64,000 nt of DNA from Alphaproteobacteria bacterium (GTDB taxonomy: Bacteria > Pseudomonadota > Alphaproteobacteria > SHVP01): NCBI GenBank assembly GCA_040216735.1, contig JAVJOO010000004.1, positions 121,396 to 185,395 on the forward strand. The letters are read 5' to 3'. Below, piece by piece: positions 46,727 through 56,717 of this stretch. The notes below the pieces were generated by a model, which had not been told where the DNA came from, searched no databases, and saw only the letters and a program-made list of their open reading frames with translations. Position 1 is the stretch's first letter. Each line of letters begins with the position of its first letter. The translations under genes and the position numbers were made by a program.

Positions 46727-47578
46727 ATGAAACTCTTGAGCTACCGGCATAACGGCAACGATACCTATGGCGTGGCGCTCGACGACGGGGTTGCCGACCT
46801 TGGCCGCGAGTTCGCCGATCATTGGTCCAGCCTCGGCGATGCGATCGCCGACGGTGGATTGGACGATTTGATGCGGGCCGGCGCGGGCAAGTCCGCCGAA
46901 GTGCCCTACGCCGAGGTCGAGCATCTACCGACAATCGTCGCGCCGCCCAAAATCATTTGCGTTGGGCTGAATTACAAGACGCATATCGAGGAAATGGGGC
47001 GCGACGCCCCGGCCTACCCCATGCTGTTCGCGCGCTACGCCGATTCCCAGGTTGGGCACGAGCAACCGATGGTACGGCCCAAGGTCTCCGAACAGTTCGA
47101 CTTCGAAGGCGAGCTTGCCTTTGTGATCGGGCGCTCTGGCCGGCACATCGCGGCCAAGAACGCGCTCGACTATATCGCTGGTTACACCTGCTTCAACGAC
47201 GGCTCGATCCGCGACTATCAACGTCACACGACGCAGTTCATGCCGGGGAAGACCTTCTGGCATTCCGGGGCTATCGGGCCATGGATGGTCACCGCGGACG
47301 CCATACCCGATCCCACCGCGCTGTCCCTCACAACCCGGCTCAACGGGACCGTTATGCAAGAGGCGCGGACCGACGATCTGCTATTCGATATCCCGACCCT
47401 CATCGAATATCTCTCCAAGGTCGCCCCCCTGGTGCCGGGAACGGTGGTCGCCACCGGTACGACTGGCGGTGTCGGCGCCGGCCGCACGCCGCCGGTGTGG
47501 ATGAAGCCGGGCGACGTCGTCGAAATCGATATCTCGGGGATCGGCGTCCTACGCAACCCCATCGTCGACGAGCGCTGA
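46727..47578 (+). CDS. Fumarylacetoacetate hydrolase (FAH)-family protein
   Basis: FAH-fold motifs (IICVGLNYKTHIEE, FEGELAFVIGR, TGTTGGVG). Confidence 0.8.
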   Translation: MKLLSYRHNGNDTYGVALDDGVADLGREFADHWSSLGDAIADGGLDDLMRAGAGKSAEVPYAEVEHLPTIVAPPKIICVGLNYKTHIEEMGRDAPAYPMLFARYADSQVGHEQPMVRPKVSEQFDFEGELAFVIGRSGRHIAAKNALDYIAGYTCFNDGSIRDYQRHTTQFMPGKTFWHSGAIGPWMVTADAIPDPTALSLTTRLNGTVMQEARTDDLLFDIPTLIEYLSKVAPLVPGTVVATGTTGGVGAGRTPPVWMKPGDVVEIDISGIGVLRNPIVDER

Positions 47579-47582
47579 GTCG

Positions 47583-48404
47583 GTGAACCTGCCGCCGGTG
47601 TTCCAGCGACCGGCCCAAGAGGCCCGGTGTGCTATCCCTGGCGGCCTTTCGCTTCACTACCTCGATTGGCCCGGGGAGGGTGTGCCGGTCCTCCTCCTGC
47701 ACGGCAACAAGTCCCATGCCCGGGTGTGGGACTTCGTTGTCGACGCGAGCGCGCTCGCGTCCCACCGATTCCTTGCACCAGACCTACGCGGTCATGGCCT
47801 GAGCGACGCGCCGCCCAGCGGCTACCGCATCGAAACGTTGGTGGACGACATCTGGGACTTTCTCGACGCGCTTTCTATTGATCGCGTGATTGTCGTCGGG
47901 ACCGCAACAGGCGGCTACATGGCGTTGACTATGGCCGACGCACGGCCCGACATGGTTGCCGGGATTGCCGTCGTCGATTCGGGCATTTGGATCGACCCGA
48001 AGACGAACTTCGCCCCGCGCAAGCGGATCTACGCCGATCTGGAAACAGGACGGGCGGCGTTGGATCGCAGCGACCGATGGTCTGACGCGGCGAAGGATCA
48101 CTACGCGCACCATTCGTTTCGACCGCTACGCAACCGGCAAGTCGAATACCGTCATTTTGAGCAAAGCGAGACCGCCGAAAGTCGCGCCGCCTTCGGTATC
48201 GAGGCCCTGTCCGTTGCGTGTCCCGCTCTACTGGTCCGCGGCGAACACTCGGATATCACATCCGCGGACGCGTTGGAGCGCTTGGCGGGTTACATCCCCC
48301 AGGCGACAACCACCGCCGTCGCCGACTCGGGCCACCATGTCCCCTTGGACAAACCGGCGGCATTCGCCAAAGTTGTCGATCACTTCGTCTTGACCTTGCG
48401 TTAA
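47583..48404 (+). CDS. Alpha/beta-fold hydrolase
   Basis: HGN oxyanion region (LLLHGNKSHA) and nucleophile elbow GTATGG. 273 aa. Confidence 0.7.
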   Translation: MNLPPVFQRPAQEARCAIPGGLSLHYLDWPGEGVPVLLLHGNKSHARVWDFVVDASALASHRFLAPDLRGHGLSDAPPSGYRIETLVDDIWDFLDALSIDRVIVVGTATGGYMALTMADARPDMVAGIAVVDSGIWIDPKTNFAPRKRIYADLETGRAALDRSDRWSDAAKDHYAHHSFRPLRNRQVEYRHFEQSETAESRAAFGIEALSVACPALLVRGEHSDITSADALERLAGYIPQATTTAVADSGHHVPLDKPAAFAKVVDHFVLTLR

Positions 48405-48510
48405 CCGAATGGCGCAAAGAACGGTCGTGGTGGCGTCGGTTTCCCGCTAATGTAAGGCGCTAGTCAAAGGCGCCCCGGTTAGAGGGCGGCAGGTAGCAAG
48501 GGAAGCGACC

Positions 48511-49296
48511 GTGACGTCTGAGCCGCTACTTCGGGCCGAGGGAATTGAACTGAGCTTTGGCGGCGTGGCGGCGCTCAAACAAGTGTCGCTCGATGTTGCC
48601 GCCGGGGGCATCACCGCGCTGATCGGTCCAAACGGCGCCGGCAAAACTAGCCTGTTCAACGTCATTTCGGGGTTCCATCGCGCCGATGCCGGTCGCCTGG
48701 TTTTCGGCGGTAACGATTTCACCACGCTGGCGACTCACAAACGCGCAGCCCTCGGGATGGCGCGGACTTTCCAGAACATCGCGCTGTTTCCAGGGATGAC
48801 GGTGCTCGACAACATCAAACTCGGCGCCCACACCCATTTGAAAACTGGCGTCCTCGCCGCGGGGTTGTTTTGGGGGCCGGCGCAGCGCGAGGAAACGGCG
48901 CTGCGGGCACGCATCGAACGCGACATCATCGATTTCCTCGAAATCGATCACATTCGCAAAACACCGGTGGCAATGTTGCCCTACGGTTTACAAAAACGTG
49001 TCGAGTTGGGCCGCGCGCTGGCGATGCAGCCCAAGCTGTTGCTATTGGACGAGCCGGTCGCGGGCATGAACCGCGAAGAGACCGAGGATATGGCGCGCTT
49101 CATCCTCGACCTACAAGAGGAGTGGGGGGTCACCGTTCTATTGGTCGAGCATGACATGAGCATGGTGATGGACATCTCCAACCATGTCGTCGTGCTGAAC
49201 TTCGGTGAGAAAATCGCCGAGGGCCCGCCCGAACAAATTCAGAAAAACCCCGCCGTGATAGAGGCCTATCTCGGCGTTGCACAGGACGCAGCCTGA
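48511..49296 (+). CDS. Branched-chain-type ABC transporter ATP-binding protein (LivG-like)
   Basis: Walker A GPNGAGKTS, signature YGLQKRVELGRAL, Walker B LLLLDEP. Confidence 0.85.
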   Translation: MTSEPLLRAEGIELSFGGVAALKQVSLDVAAGGITALIGPNGAGKTSLFNVISGFHRADAGRLVFGGNDFTTLATHKRAALGMARTFQNIALFPGMTVLDNIKLGAHTHLKTGVLAAGLFWGPAQREETALRARIERDIIDFLEIDHIRKTPVAMLPYGLQKRVELGRALAMQPKLLLLDEPVAGMNREETEDMARFILDLQEEWGVTVLLVEHDMSMVMDISNHVVVLNFGEKIAEGPPEQIQKNPAVIEAYLGVAQDAA

Positions 49297-50195
49297 TGAA
49301 CCTCGCCTTCGTCATCGAGGACAGTATCACCGGCCTCATGACCGGTGGGGTCTATGCGCTTATCGCCGTCGGGATCGTCTTGGTGTTTCGCGCGACCAAG
49401 GTTTTCAACTTTGCCCACGGCACCGTCATGATGGTCGGTGCCTATTTCTATTACACCATCGCCCTGGTGCTGAACGATCTCGGGCTCGGGACGTGGGCGA
49501 TCTATTTCATCGGCGTCCCGTTGACGTTGCTCGCCGCCGCACTGTTCGGCGCGGTCGTGGAGCGCATCGTCATGCGGCCGATGCTGGGGCAACATCCGTT
49601 CGCAAAGATCATGGTCACGATCGGTCTGATCTCCGTGCTGGAGGGCGGCGCGGCGGTAATTTGGTCGACCAATGCACAGTACCCGCCTGCGCTGGTCGGC
49701 TTGACCATGGATTTCGTTGCAGGATTGGCGGTTAACCGTCAGATGCTCGCAAGTTTCCTGATTGCGGGGCTGGTGTTTGCGTTGATCGCCATCCTGTTCC
49801 TCAAGTCTAAGGCGGGCGTGGCGATCCGCGCCACGGCATCGGACCAGTCCACGGCCTATGCGATGGGGATCAATGTTCCGCGCGTCTTCACCGTGACCTG
49901 GATGGTGGCCGCCGCCACGGGGGCGCTGGCCGGTATTCTGCTTGCACCGCTGAACAGCCTGACGCCGGTGTTGGGGCAGGTCGGATTAAGCGTCATTGCC
50001 GTGGTCATCTTGGGCGGCCTGGATTCGGTCATCGGCGTGTTGCTCGCGGCCTTTATCGTCGGATGGCTAGAGGCGATGGCCAATCACTTCCTCGGCGGCA
50101 ACTTCAAGGAAATCGTGCCCTACGTTGTCGTTCTATTGATCATTCTTGTCCGTCCGCATGGCCTGCTCGGGACGCCCGACGTGGAGCGGGTCTAG
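49296..50195 (+). CDS. Branched-chain-type ABC permease (LivH-like)
   Basis: About 8 TM segments, LivH family pattern. ATGA start/stop overlap with the upstream gene. Confidence 0.8.
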   Translation: MNLAFVIEDSITGLMTGGVYALIAVGIVLVFRATKVFNFAHGTVMMVGAYFYYTIALVLNDLGLGTWAIYFIGVPLTLLAAALFGAVVERIVMRPMLGQHPFAKIMVTIGLISVLEGGAAVIWSTNAQYPPALVGLTMDFVAGLAVNRQMLASFLIAGLVFALIAILFLKSKAGVAIRATASDQSTAYAMGINVPRVFTVTWMVAAATGALAGILLAPLNSLTPVLGQVGLSVIAVVILGGLDSVIGVLLAAFIVGWLEAMANHFLGGNFKEIVPYVVVLLIILVRPHGLLGTPDVERV

Positions 50196-50198
50196 TCC

Positions 50199-51242
50199 AT
50201 GCTGATTGGCAACTACAAGGCAAGCTACGCCGCCGACGAATCGATCTTCGGCAGTTGGCCCATGCGTTACGGCTTCGCCGCGATGGTCGTGGTTCTCGCG
50301 GTCCTCCCCTTCGCGGCCAACAGTTTCATTGTCTTCCTCGCCGTTCAGGTCGCGATCTACACCGTCGCGATCACTGGCCTCAATATCCTAACCGGATACA
50401 CCGGATTGATCTCGCTCGGCCATGGCGCTTTGGTGGGAGTTGGTGCCTACGCGACGGCGATCTTCGGTAACTGGTTGGGGGTGCCGTTCTGGGTCGTGAT
50501 CCCAATGGCCGTCGTTACGACCGCCGTCATTGGTCTGGGTTTCGGCTTGCCGTCGTTACGGATTCGTGGGCTCTACTTGACCATCGCGACGTTGGCCGCG
50601 AGCTTCATCATCATTTTCGTCATCGAACACTGGAAGTCGGTGACCAACGGTGACAGTGGCATTACCCTCGCACCAGCGTCGGTATTCGGGATCGATCTGG
50701 TGAGCGACGCGCAAAAGTACGCGCTGATCGTTCCCATTGCAGTTCTTGCAGTGTTGTTCGCCCAGAATCTCTTCCGTACTCGCGTCGGGCGCGCCTTCAT
50801 TGCGATCCGCGACTCCGACTACTCCGCGGAGATCATCGGTGTCGGGTTGACCCGCTACAAGCTTCTCGCTTTTGCGCTGGGCTCGGCCTATGCCGGGCTG
50901 GCAGGTTCGCTCTGGGCGTACAATTTTTTGGCATTGCTGCCGACCCAGTTCGAACTACAGCTCTCGATTGTATTCCTGGCGGCCCTAGTGGTCGGTGGCT
51001 CAGCGCGCACGCTTGGGCCGGTTTTCGGCGCTATTTTCGTGATCTTGATTCCCGAGTTTCTCAAATGGGTATTCGGATTTCTGACACCGTTCAGCCCGAC
51101 CATCGTGGAATACACCGCGCCAGCCAACACAATCGCGTACGGCCTTTTGATAATTGTGTTTATGATCTTCGAGCCGATGGGTTTGGCGGCGATCTGGACA
51201 CGATTCTGGCGCTATCTCAATTTGTGGCCATTTTCACCGTAA
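50199..51242 (+). CDS. Branched-chain-type ABC permease (LivM-like)
   Basis: Multi-TM protein, LivM-like. 347 aa. Confidence 0.8.
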   Translation: MLIGNYKASYAADESIFGSWPMRYGFAAMVVVLAVLPFAANSFIVFLAVQVAIYTVAITGLNILTGYTGLISLGHGALVGVGAYATAIFGNWLGVPFWVVIPMAVVTTAVIGLGFGLPSLRIRGLYLTIATLAASFIIIFVIEHWKSVTNGDSGITLAPASVFGIDLVSDAQKYALIVPIAVLAVLFAQNLFRTRVGRAFIAIRDSDYSAEIIGVGLTRYKLLAFALGSAYAGLAGSLWAYNFLALLPTQFELQLSIVFLAALVVGGSARTLGPVFGAIFVILIPEFLKWVFGFLTPFSPTIVEYTAPANTIAYGLLIIVFMIFEPMGLAAIWTRFWRYLNLWPFSP

Positions 51243-51275
51243 CCAGTCCATCACCGAATCAAAGGGAGAGAAGCA

Positions 51276-52481
51276 ATGAAAGTCGATCGTAGAACGGTAC
51301 TCAAAGGCACCGCAGCGGTTGCGGCAGCTTCAATCATGGGCATGCCCGCGATCGTTCGCGCGCAAAGCAAGAAGTGGGTCTTTGCCGGTTCGTCGCCGTT
51401 GACGGGACCGTTTGCCCAAGCCGGCACCACGGCGCTCAAAGATCTGCTCGACTGGGTCGAGATGACCAACGACATGGGCGGTATTGCCGGTCGTCCGGTG
51501 GAACTCATCCACGAGGACTCGGGCTATGTGCCGACCAACTCGCTCGCGAACTTCAAGAAGGCGATGTCGGCCGACGAAAAGCCGATCTTCTACTCCGGCG
51601 ACTCGACCGGCTTTATGAAGTTGGTGGCGCCAGAGTTGACCCGCACGCCGGTTCTGTGCGGTGGGACGTCGTTTGCTTCCGATCTCGCAAATCCGGCGAC
51701 CAACCCGTACCAGTACATCGCGGGCCCGACCTACCAGGCGATGTTCGATATTTTGCTGAAACACGTGAAGGACAACGGCGGCAGCACAGTTGCGTTCGTC
51801 TACTCGGACACGGAATTCGGTCGCGATCCGATCGAACATGGCCGGGCGGCGGCGGCGGCGCTGGGCCTCAAGGTCGTGCACGAGGAAATCACCAAGGCCG
51901 CGGGTGCCGAGGTCCAGACTCACGTCGCCCAATTGCGCCGGGCGAATCCCGACTTCGTCATTTTGCACGGCTATGTCACCGGTGTGTGGCCGGAAATCAT
52001 TGGCACCGCACGGGCATTCAAGATGGAGACCAAGTTCCTGGGCACGTTCTGGGGCATGGAAAAGGTCATCGCCGACGGCGTCACGGCCAAGGCCGGTCCG
52101 ATCCTCGACGGCTATGCTGGTGTTCTCCCGTATCGCTATTTCTATGAAGCCAAGGACTCGGCGTCCTATTCGAAGTTCTTCGCCTTCAAGAAACAAAAGT
52201 ACGGCGATCAATTCCCCGGCTATGTCGTGACCTGGTCGCTCCAACCGATGTTCAGCCACGAGTTGGCCAAGAACGCGATCGAAGCGACAGTCAAAGCGGA
52301 CAAAGAAGTCAATGCCGCGAACCTGATCGCGGCCCTTGCGGCGATCAAGGACTGGGACTCCGGCGGCTACATGGGGCAACCCGTCACCGTGGTGAACCAC
52401 TCGGTGCCGCAGGGCCGGGTCTACTCCTACAACGCGGAGAACAAGCTGTTCCTGCCGGTCTCCGATTGGATCGTCACGTAG
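51276..52481 (+). CDS. ABC substrate-binding protein (Leu/Ile/Val-binding-protein family)
   Basis: Tat/Sec-like signal (RRTVLKGTAAVAAASIMGMPAIVRA). Periplasmic-binding-protein type I fold pattern. Confidence 0.8.
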   Translation: MKVDRRTVLKGTAAVAAASIMGMPAIVRAQSKKWVFAGSSPLTGPFAQAGTTALKDLLDWVEMTNDMGGIAGRPVELIHEDSGYVPTNSLANFKKAMSADEKPIFYSGDSTGFMKLVAPELTRTPVLCGGTSFASDLANPATNPYQYIAGPTYQAMFDILLKHVKDNGGSTVAFVYSDTEFGRDPIEHGRAAAAALGLKVVHEEITKAAGAEVQTHVAQLRRANPDFVILHGYVTGVWPEIIGTARAFKMETKFLGTFWGMEKVIADGVTAKAGPILDGYAGVLPYRYFYEAKDSASYSKFFAFKKQKYGDQFPGYVVTWSLQPMFSHELAKNAIEATVKADKEVNAANLIAALAAIKDWDSGGYMGQPVTVVNHSVPQGRVYSYNAENKLFLPVSDWIVT

Positions 52482-52533
52482 GACAGCGCAACACGGCGGC
52501 GCCCTTGGCGCCGCCGAAGCGCGGGAGGGGCCG

Positions 52534-53325
52534 TTGCTGAGCGTCAGCAACATCGAAGTATATTACCACCGCGTGGTCCAGGGCCTGCGCGGGCTGTCCT
52601 TCGACGTGCCCGAAGGCAAGGTCGTCGCCTTATTGGGTGCCAACGGTGCCGGTAAGACCACGGCGCTCAAAGCTATTTCCGGTTTGTTGCCGTTGGAGAA
52701 CGGCGAGGTCACGGCGGGCGACATTTTGTTTGGCGGGCGGTCCGTCCTACGCGACGAACCCCACACTTTGGTCCGGCGCGGCATGGGCCACGTGCGCGAA
52801 GGGCGGCGGGTATTCGCCGACCTCACCGTCCACGACAACCTTGTTGCTGCAAGCTTCGCCCTGTCGGGGCGCAAAGACGCACATCCCGATTTCGACGACA
52901 TCTACGATCTGTTTCCGCGTCTCAAGGAACGGCGTAGCCAACTGGCGGGCTACCTATCCGGCGGCGAGCAGCAAATGCTTGCGCTTGGTCGGGCGTTGAT
53001 CGGCAAGCCCCAGATTATTCTTCTCGACGAGCCCTCGCTTGGATTGGCACCCAAGCTCGTCCTCGAAATATTCGACACGATCTCGCGCATCAACGAAGAG
53101 CGCGGCGCGACGATCCTATTGGTCGAACAGAACGCCAATATCGCCTTTTCCCACGCCCATTACGGCTACATCTTGGAGAACGGCAGAGTCGCAATCGAAG
53201 GTGCGGTCGACAAACTGCGCAGCGACGACGACGTGCGCGAGTTCTACCTCGGCGTTGGTGGCGCGGAGCGCAAATCGTTCCGCGACGTGAAGCACTACAA
53301 GCGCCGCAAGCGCTGGTTAAGTTGA
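52534..53325 (+). CDS. Branched-chain-type ABC transporter ATP-binding protein (LivF-like)
   Basis: Walker A GANGAGKTT, signature LSGGEQQMLALGRAL, Walker B ILLDEP. Confidence 0.85.
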   Translation: MLSVSNIEVYYHRVVQGLRGLSFDVPEGKVVALLGANGAGKTTALKAISGLLPLENGEVTAGDILFGGRSVLRDEPHTLVRRGMGHVREGRRVFADLTVHDNLVAASFALSGRKDAHPDFDDIYDLFPRLKERRSQLAGYLSGGEQQMLALGRALIGKPQIILLDEPSLGLAPKLVLEIFDTISRINEERGATILLVEQNANIAFSHAHYGYILENGRVAIEGAVDKLRSDDDVREFYLGVGGAERKSFRDVKHYKRRKRWLS

Positions 53326-53332
53326 GGGGGTC

Positions 53333-55168
53333 ATGGCGCTAGCCGAGAACATAGATGTAGCGCACGAACGCTCACCTGAGGTTCTCACGCTGCCTCGACT
53401 CCTGCGGCACCATGCGCGCACCCGGCCGAACGTAGCGGCCCTGCGGCAAAAGCGATTCGGCATTTGGAACGAACTGACTTGGGCAGAATACGAGCGCGCC
53501 GCCAGCCATTTTGCCCAAGGTTTGGCCGCGTTGGGCTATGGCCGCGGCGACCATATCGCGGTCTTGTCCGAGAATCGCCAGGAATGGGTCATCGCCGAAC
53601 TCGGGGCGCACTTGGCTGGGGCGGTGGTGGCGGGGGTCTATCCGACCTCGCCGGCGCCCGAAATCCTCCACGTACTCGAACTCACCGAAGCGAAGGCGAT
53701 CGTCTGCGAAGACCAAGAGCAAGTCGACAAAGTGCTCGAAATACGCGATCGCCTGCCGCTGCTGCGCCATATCGTCTATGTCGAAGGGAAGGGCATGGCA
53801 GGCTACGACGACCCCGGCCTAATGCCCTACAACGATGTGATGGAGTCGGGGGCTGCAGCCGCGCGGCGCGATCCCGGTTTTCTAGACCGCGCGTTGGCGG
53901 ACCATGATCCCGACGACGTCGCCTTGATCGTCGGTACCTCGGGCTCGACGGGGCCGCCGAAGGCCGCCCTCATCACCTTCCGCAACATCGCTTTCGTCGG
54001 CACCGCGTCGGCGCGCAACATCGGCCAGACCCTGGAGGATTCGGCGGTTTCGTACCTGCCGCTCTGTCACGTCGCCGAACAGTTGTTTTCGGTCTTCTTG
54101 GCAATGAACGGTGGCTACGCCGTGAGTTTTGGCGAAAGTTTGCGCACAGTGCAGTCGGATCTACGCGAGATCGCGCCGACAATTTTCCTCGGGGTCCCAC
54201 GGATTTGGGAAAAGATGCGCAGCGACATCCTGATTGGCGCGCGTAACACCGGTTTCCTGCAAGGCATCGTTCTACGCGCCGCCCTACGCGATTCGCGCCG
54301 CTTCGACGATCCATGGAAAACCGACTATAGCCTCGCCGACCGCCTGCGCCGCTGGCTTTGGGAACGTCTAGCCTACCGTCCCCTGCGCAACGCGGTGGGC
54401 CTCACCCGCTGCAAGATCGCGATTTCGGGCGCGGCACCGATTTCCCTCGAGACCCTCAAGTTTTTCCGCGGTCTCGGCATTCCGCTGATGGAGGGTTTCG
54501 GGATGACCGAAACCGCGGGGGCCTGCGCCATCCAATTGCGTGAGCGCAAAATGGCAGGACGCATCGGCGCACCGCTAGAAGGCATTGAGATGAAGACCGC
54601 ATCGGATGGCGAACTCCTGATTCGTGGCGGCTGCGTCTTTGCCGGTTACTACCGCAATGAAGAAGCGACTCGCGAGGCGCTACGCGACGGATGGCTCCAC
54701 ACCGGGGATATCGCTGAGGTATTCGACGACGGGTCGGTCTCCATCGTCGATCGCAAGAAGGATATTGCGATTACCGCGGGTGGCAAGAACCTGACGCCCA
54801 GCCTGATCGAAAACGCGATAAAGGCCAGTCCTTACATCAAAGAATGCATCGTGGTCGCCGACGGACGCCGCTTCGTCACGGCGTTGATCCAGATCGACTT
54901 CGACATGATGGCGAATTGGGCGGAACGCGAGGGGATCGGATACACGACCTTCCGCTCGTTGGCCGAACATCCGCGGGTCCGCGAGCTAGTCCAGCGCGAG
55001 GTCGATCGCGAGAACGCGCAGCTCGCCAATGTCGAGCGGGTCAAGAAGTTCCACCTTCTGACCAAAGAGCTCGACCACGACGACGGCGAGGTCACCGCGA
55101 CCATGAAAATTCGCCGCGCCAAGATCACCGAAGCCTACGAACGCGAAATCGCCGCGCTCTACGCGTAG
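53333..55168 (+). CDS. Long-chain acyl-CoA synthetase-like AMP-forming ligase
   Basis: AMP-binding motif IVGTSGSTGPPKA and GFGMTE. 611 aa. Last gene of the ABC operon. Confidence 0.8.
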   Translation: MALAENIDVAHERSPEVLTLPRLLRHHARTRPNVAALRQKRFGIWNELTWAEYERAASHFAQGLAALGYGRGDHIAVLSENRQEWVIAELGAHLAGAVVAGVYPTSPAPEILHVLELTEAKAIVCEDQEQVDKVLEIRDRLPLLRHIVYVEGKGMAGYDDPGLMPYNDVMESGAAAARRDPGFLDRALADHDPDDVALIVGTSGSTGPPKAALITFRNIAFVGTASARNIGQTLEDSAVSYLPLCHVAEQLFSVFLAMNGGYAVSFGESLRTVQSDLREIAPTIFLGVPRIWEKMRSDILIGARNTGFLQGIVLRAALRDSRRFDDPWKTDYSLADRLRRWLWERLAYRPLRNAVGLTRCKIAISGAAPISLETLKFFRGLGIPLMEGFGMTETAGACAIQLRERKMAGRIGAPLEGIEMKTASDGELLIRGGCVFAGYYRNEEATREALRDGWLHTGDIAEVFDDGSVSIVDRKKDIAITAGGKNLTPSLIENAIKASPYIKECIVVADGRRFVTALIQIDFDMMANWAEREGIGYTTFRSLAEHPRVRELVQREVDRENAQLANVERVKKFHLLTKELDHDDGEVTATMKIRRAKITEAYEREIAALYA

Positions 55169-55337
55169 CCGGTAGGCTGGTAGGCGGAATTCCTGAACGA
55201 TGTCCGCGCCAGGACAGAGCGTCATAGAAGGTTCTGGGAATTTCAGTTCGATTCGTTGGAGAAACTCATCGACAGCCGATAGACCTGCCCTAGGATAGGG
55301 CCCGCGTCCATCGCGACGTCTTTGTCCAAGGGCACCG

Positions 55338-55679
55338 ATGATCTTTCACGTCTGTAAATCCGCTGACTGGGAAGCGGCCAAAGCATCCGGCCGCTATGCA
55401 GGGTCGGCCGACGATACCCGCGACGGCTTCATTCATTTCTCGGCCATCGAGCAACTCCGCGAAAGCGTGGCGCGGCACCGCGCCGGTCAGTCGGGCCTGG
55501 TGTTACTGGTGGTCGATCCGACCCCGCTCGGCGAGGCGCTGAAGTGGGAGCCTTCGCGCGGCGGCGCGCTCTTTCCCCACCTTTATGGTTCCCTGCCGGT
55601 CGAAGCGGTGGCCGCGGCCCACGATCTTCCGCTCGGTGCAGACGGCGCTCATATCTTTCCGGAGTCGGTTTTCGCGTGA
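55338..55679 (+). CDS. DUF952-family protein
   Basis: MIFHVCKSADWEAAKASGRYAGSADDTRDGFIHFS is a DUF952-like N-terminus. 113 aa. Confidence 0.55.
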   Translation: MIFHVCKSADWEAAKASGRYAGSADDTRDGFIHFSAIEQLRESVARHRAGQSGLVLLVVDPTPLGEALKWEPSRGGALFPHLYGSLPVEAVAAAHDLPLGADGAHIFPESVFA

Positions 55680-55727
55680 CGACGGCCGGTTATTGCTAGG
55701 ATCGTGTCAGAGAACAGGGGAGGAGTC

Positions 55728-56717
55728 ATGTTTCCCATACGTCATTCGGTCGTCGACAACGTCGCGCTGGGCGAAGAGATTCGCCGGCGCTGGGATTTGC
55801 CGGGTCCTTTCCGGTGCGAACTGATCACCCGCGGTATGAACGACGTCTACGTCGTGCACAGTGGGAAGGACCGTTTCGCCGCCCGTGTCTGGCGCGCGGA
55901 CAAGCACACCGCAGACAGCGTAACCTGGGAGCTCGACTATCTGGCCCACCTTAAGAAAAAGGGTGTCCCTGTCATCGCGGCGGTTCCCGACAGCCAGGGC
56001 GCGCTGTCCTTTGGGATCGACGCACCCGAAGGAACCCGCCGCGTTTGCCTGTTCGAATGGGCCGATGGCGATCAGTTCTTTGCCGACCCCAAGCCCGACT
56101 TGGCGCAGAGGGTCGGCGCCACGGTCGCGCGCATGCATGCCGCAGGCGCCGACTTCAAGGGCAAGACCGCCCGCCCGATCGACTTCCCCGGCGAAATCCG
56201 GCGTAAGTTTCCGGCGTTGCTGGCCCGCCTCGACGACCGCCCCGACGACCGGACCTACTACACCAAGGTCGCGGAGGCGCTTCCTGAAAAACTCGAAGCT
56301 GCATACGCCGCCGGAGTTCCCTACGGGCCGATCCACGGTGACATCCACCTCCGGAATGTCTTCGTCACTCCGGGCGATGGTTTCACCATTCTCGATTTCG
56401 ACACCTGCGGCGAGGCGCATTTGATGCACGACTGCATGAGCCCCGCCTGGGCCAACACCTACTTCATGCATAACGGCAACAAGAAGATCACCCCCGAAAC
56501 CACAGCCGCCTATATGCGCGGCTACGAAGAGGTCCGTCCGCTGGAGGACTTCGAGCGCGCCTGCCTACCCCTGTTCATGCTGTCCAAGGAATTCAGCTAC
56601 ATGTGTGGTATGTCCGACGGCGTCAATGTCGTCGGCCACATGTCGTTCGGCCCACACCATTTCGACTGGTTCGCCCAGTCGGTTCGTCGTCACGTCGCCG
56701 AGGCAGGCCTGTTTTAG
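55728..56717 (+). CDS. APH-fold phosphotransferase, paralog 3
   Basis: HGDIHLRNVF and DFDTCGEAHLMHD. GGGAGGAG Shine-Dalgarno before the ATG. The track ORF begins at an upstream GTG. Confidence 0.7.
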   Translation: MFPIRHSVVDNVALGEEIRRRWDLPGPFRCELITRGMNDVYVVHSGKDRFAARVWRADKHTADSVTWELDYLAHLKKKGVPVIAAVPDSQGALSFGIDAPEGTRRVCLFEWADGDQFFADPKPDLAQRVGATVARMHAAGADFKGKTARPIDFPGEIRRKFPALLARLDDRPDDRTYYTKVAEALPEKLEAAYAAGVPYGPIHGDIHLRNVFVTPGDGFTILDFDTCGEAHLMHDCMSPAWANTYFMHNGNKKITPETTAAYMRGYEEVRPLEDFERACLPLFMLSKEFSYMCGMSDGVNVVGHMSFGPHHFDWFAQSVRRHVAEAGLF

